From Cystobasidiomycetes sp. EMM_F5 (lineage: Eukaryota): DNA of 64,000 nucleotides. Below the pieces are notes generated by a model, which made no database searches, had not been told where the DNA came from, and saw only the letters and a program-made list of their open reading frames with translations. Each line of letters starts with the position of its first letter. Position 1 is the stretch's first letter. Shown piece after piece: positions 62,745 to 64,000 of the stretch. The position numbers and the translations under genes were made by a program. The stretch spans positions 806,001 through 870,000 of the forward strand of contig JBPGPT010000001.1 in the NCBI GenBank assembly GCA_051047955.1, written 5' to 3'.

Positions 62745-63789
62745 ATGCGCATAGCAGTCACCGGTTCGTCCGGCAACGTCGGTGCGGCCACCGTACACTA
62801 CATACTCGAGCACGGCGGAGAGGCAGTCTCTATCCTTGGATTGGACATAACAGCGCCCACGCAGATCCTACCCGACAGTCTCAAACCTCGCTTCGAGTTC
62901 AAACGCCTCGATTCTACCGTCTATGACGATGTCCACCAAGCGTTTCGAGGCTGCGACGCCATCATACATTGCGCTGCTTTGCCCACAGTTGGCAAGTTTC
63001 CCGCGCCGCTTATACACAACACGTACGTCGGCCAGTGTTGTGTGCTGTCGGATTTATTCGGATTGATTGACCATGCCTACAGCAATGTCGTTTCCTCTTA
63101 CAATGCTCTGCACGCCGCTGCATCCTTGGGCATCACCCGCGTCGTCCAGCTGTCCAGCATAAACGCCATCGGAGCATGCTACACGCCATATCTACTCGAT
63201 TTCCACTACCTTCCCCTCGACGAAAGCCACCCCTTCATCGGGGCTGACCCCTACGCCCTATCCAAGCAGGTCTGCGAGCTGCAGGCCGACCAGATCGCTC
63301 GTGCTTTCCCAAATACCCGTATCGCCTCGATTCGGCCGCACGCTTGTCTGGAACAACCCCCGTCAATACCAGAGTCGCCAGAGTCGCTCGCGAAATACGG
63401 TAGGACTTATTCCTGGGACAGTCAAATCAATGTAAACGACGTATTTGGATGGGTGGTACGTTTGCCATATGCGAGCAACGACAGGCCAGTCCATTCTAAA
63501 AGGTCTTGCCGTACAGCTCATGACGGAAGTTGCGAGAGCGTGCTGGTTAGGCATCGTATCGGAAGGTTGGGCAGGAGCCGAAGCATTCTACATTGTGGCA
63601 CCGACCAACAACGTGTACGAGAAGCTGGGGCCGGACGCTCCAGGGAGTCTCAGTCTGGCGCAAAAGTATCATTCCGGCGCCAAGCTGCGAGATGGGTGGT
63701 TTGACGATAAAGACGAAGGGAGACGCGGTCGGGGCTTCTTTGATTGCTCAAAAGCCGAGAGATTGTTGGGGTGGAAGCACACCGTCTAA
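62745..63789 (+). CDS. NAD-dependent epimerase/dehydratase (extended SDR)
   Basis: MRIAVTGSSGNVG Rossmann motif, DAIIHCAA, QLSSINA, YALSK catalytic YxxxK, FDCSKAERLLGW. Two introns. Confidence 0.9.
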
Positions 63790-63810
63790 TGTGCTGTCTG
63801 TTGTATAGAA

Positions 63811-64000
63811 TCATTCCCAGATTGGCTTTCTCGGACGTACTTTGCCCAATACGAGGCCAGACGACCCTTCGGCCATGCTGATAAGATCTGCAAACGCATC
63901 GAAAGCGTACAGTTTCTGCAAGCTGCCCTGTTGTCGCGCGGCCTTTGCGTTGAGCATGGAGGGCCTCGACATGAACAAGGCCTCCGGAAGAAGCTTTGCG
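63811..64000 (-). CDS. 3' end of a gene extending beyond the window (unknown product)
   Basis: Open frame AKLLPEALFMSRPSML...KLYAFDAFADLISMAEG...KPIWE* ending at TGA 63813-63811. Confidence 0.4.
   Translation of the reverse strand, partial: AKLLPEALFMSRPSMLNAKAARQQGSLQKLYAFDAFADLISMAEGSSGLVLGKVRPRKPIWE

Overview
Gene-dense, intron-rich eukaryotic DNA from a fungus. Short 45-80 nt GT-AG introns with CTRAY branch points and the protein sequences suggest a basidiomycete yeast (taxonomy is inference). About 26 protein-coding loci can be reconstructed by manual splicing: SF3B1/Hsh155, three F-box/LRR-like paralogs around DASH subunit Dad1, mitochondrial uS2m, peroxisomal alpha-hydroxyacid oxidase, Nab2/ZC3H14, a GT25 glycosyltransferase, Nap1, a twin-CX3C hypothetical, a CPSF6-like RRM protein, haspin, an HSL-like lipase, Pbs2 MAPKK, three SUR7/PalI-like tetraspan paralogs, PKA catalytic subunit, a Kv-beta-type aldo-keto reductase, PalB calpain, MRM2, a TPX2-domain protein, PEX1 and an extended SDR. 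No rRNA, tRNA, CRISPR or transposon was recognised. The most unusual signals are in splicing: an apparent one-nucleotide exon at 22529 that splits one Ser codon over three exons, a 4-nt and a 9-nt microexon, a stop-codon-only last exon that exposes the Nap1 CaaX box, GC-AG introns, and one frame-required intron lacking a GT-AG boundary. Also notable is a decaying F-box family, with two of three copies frameshifted (one by a footprint-like 7-bp insertion). All calls come from reading motifs by eye; no database search was run.
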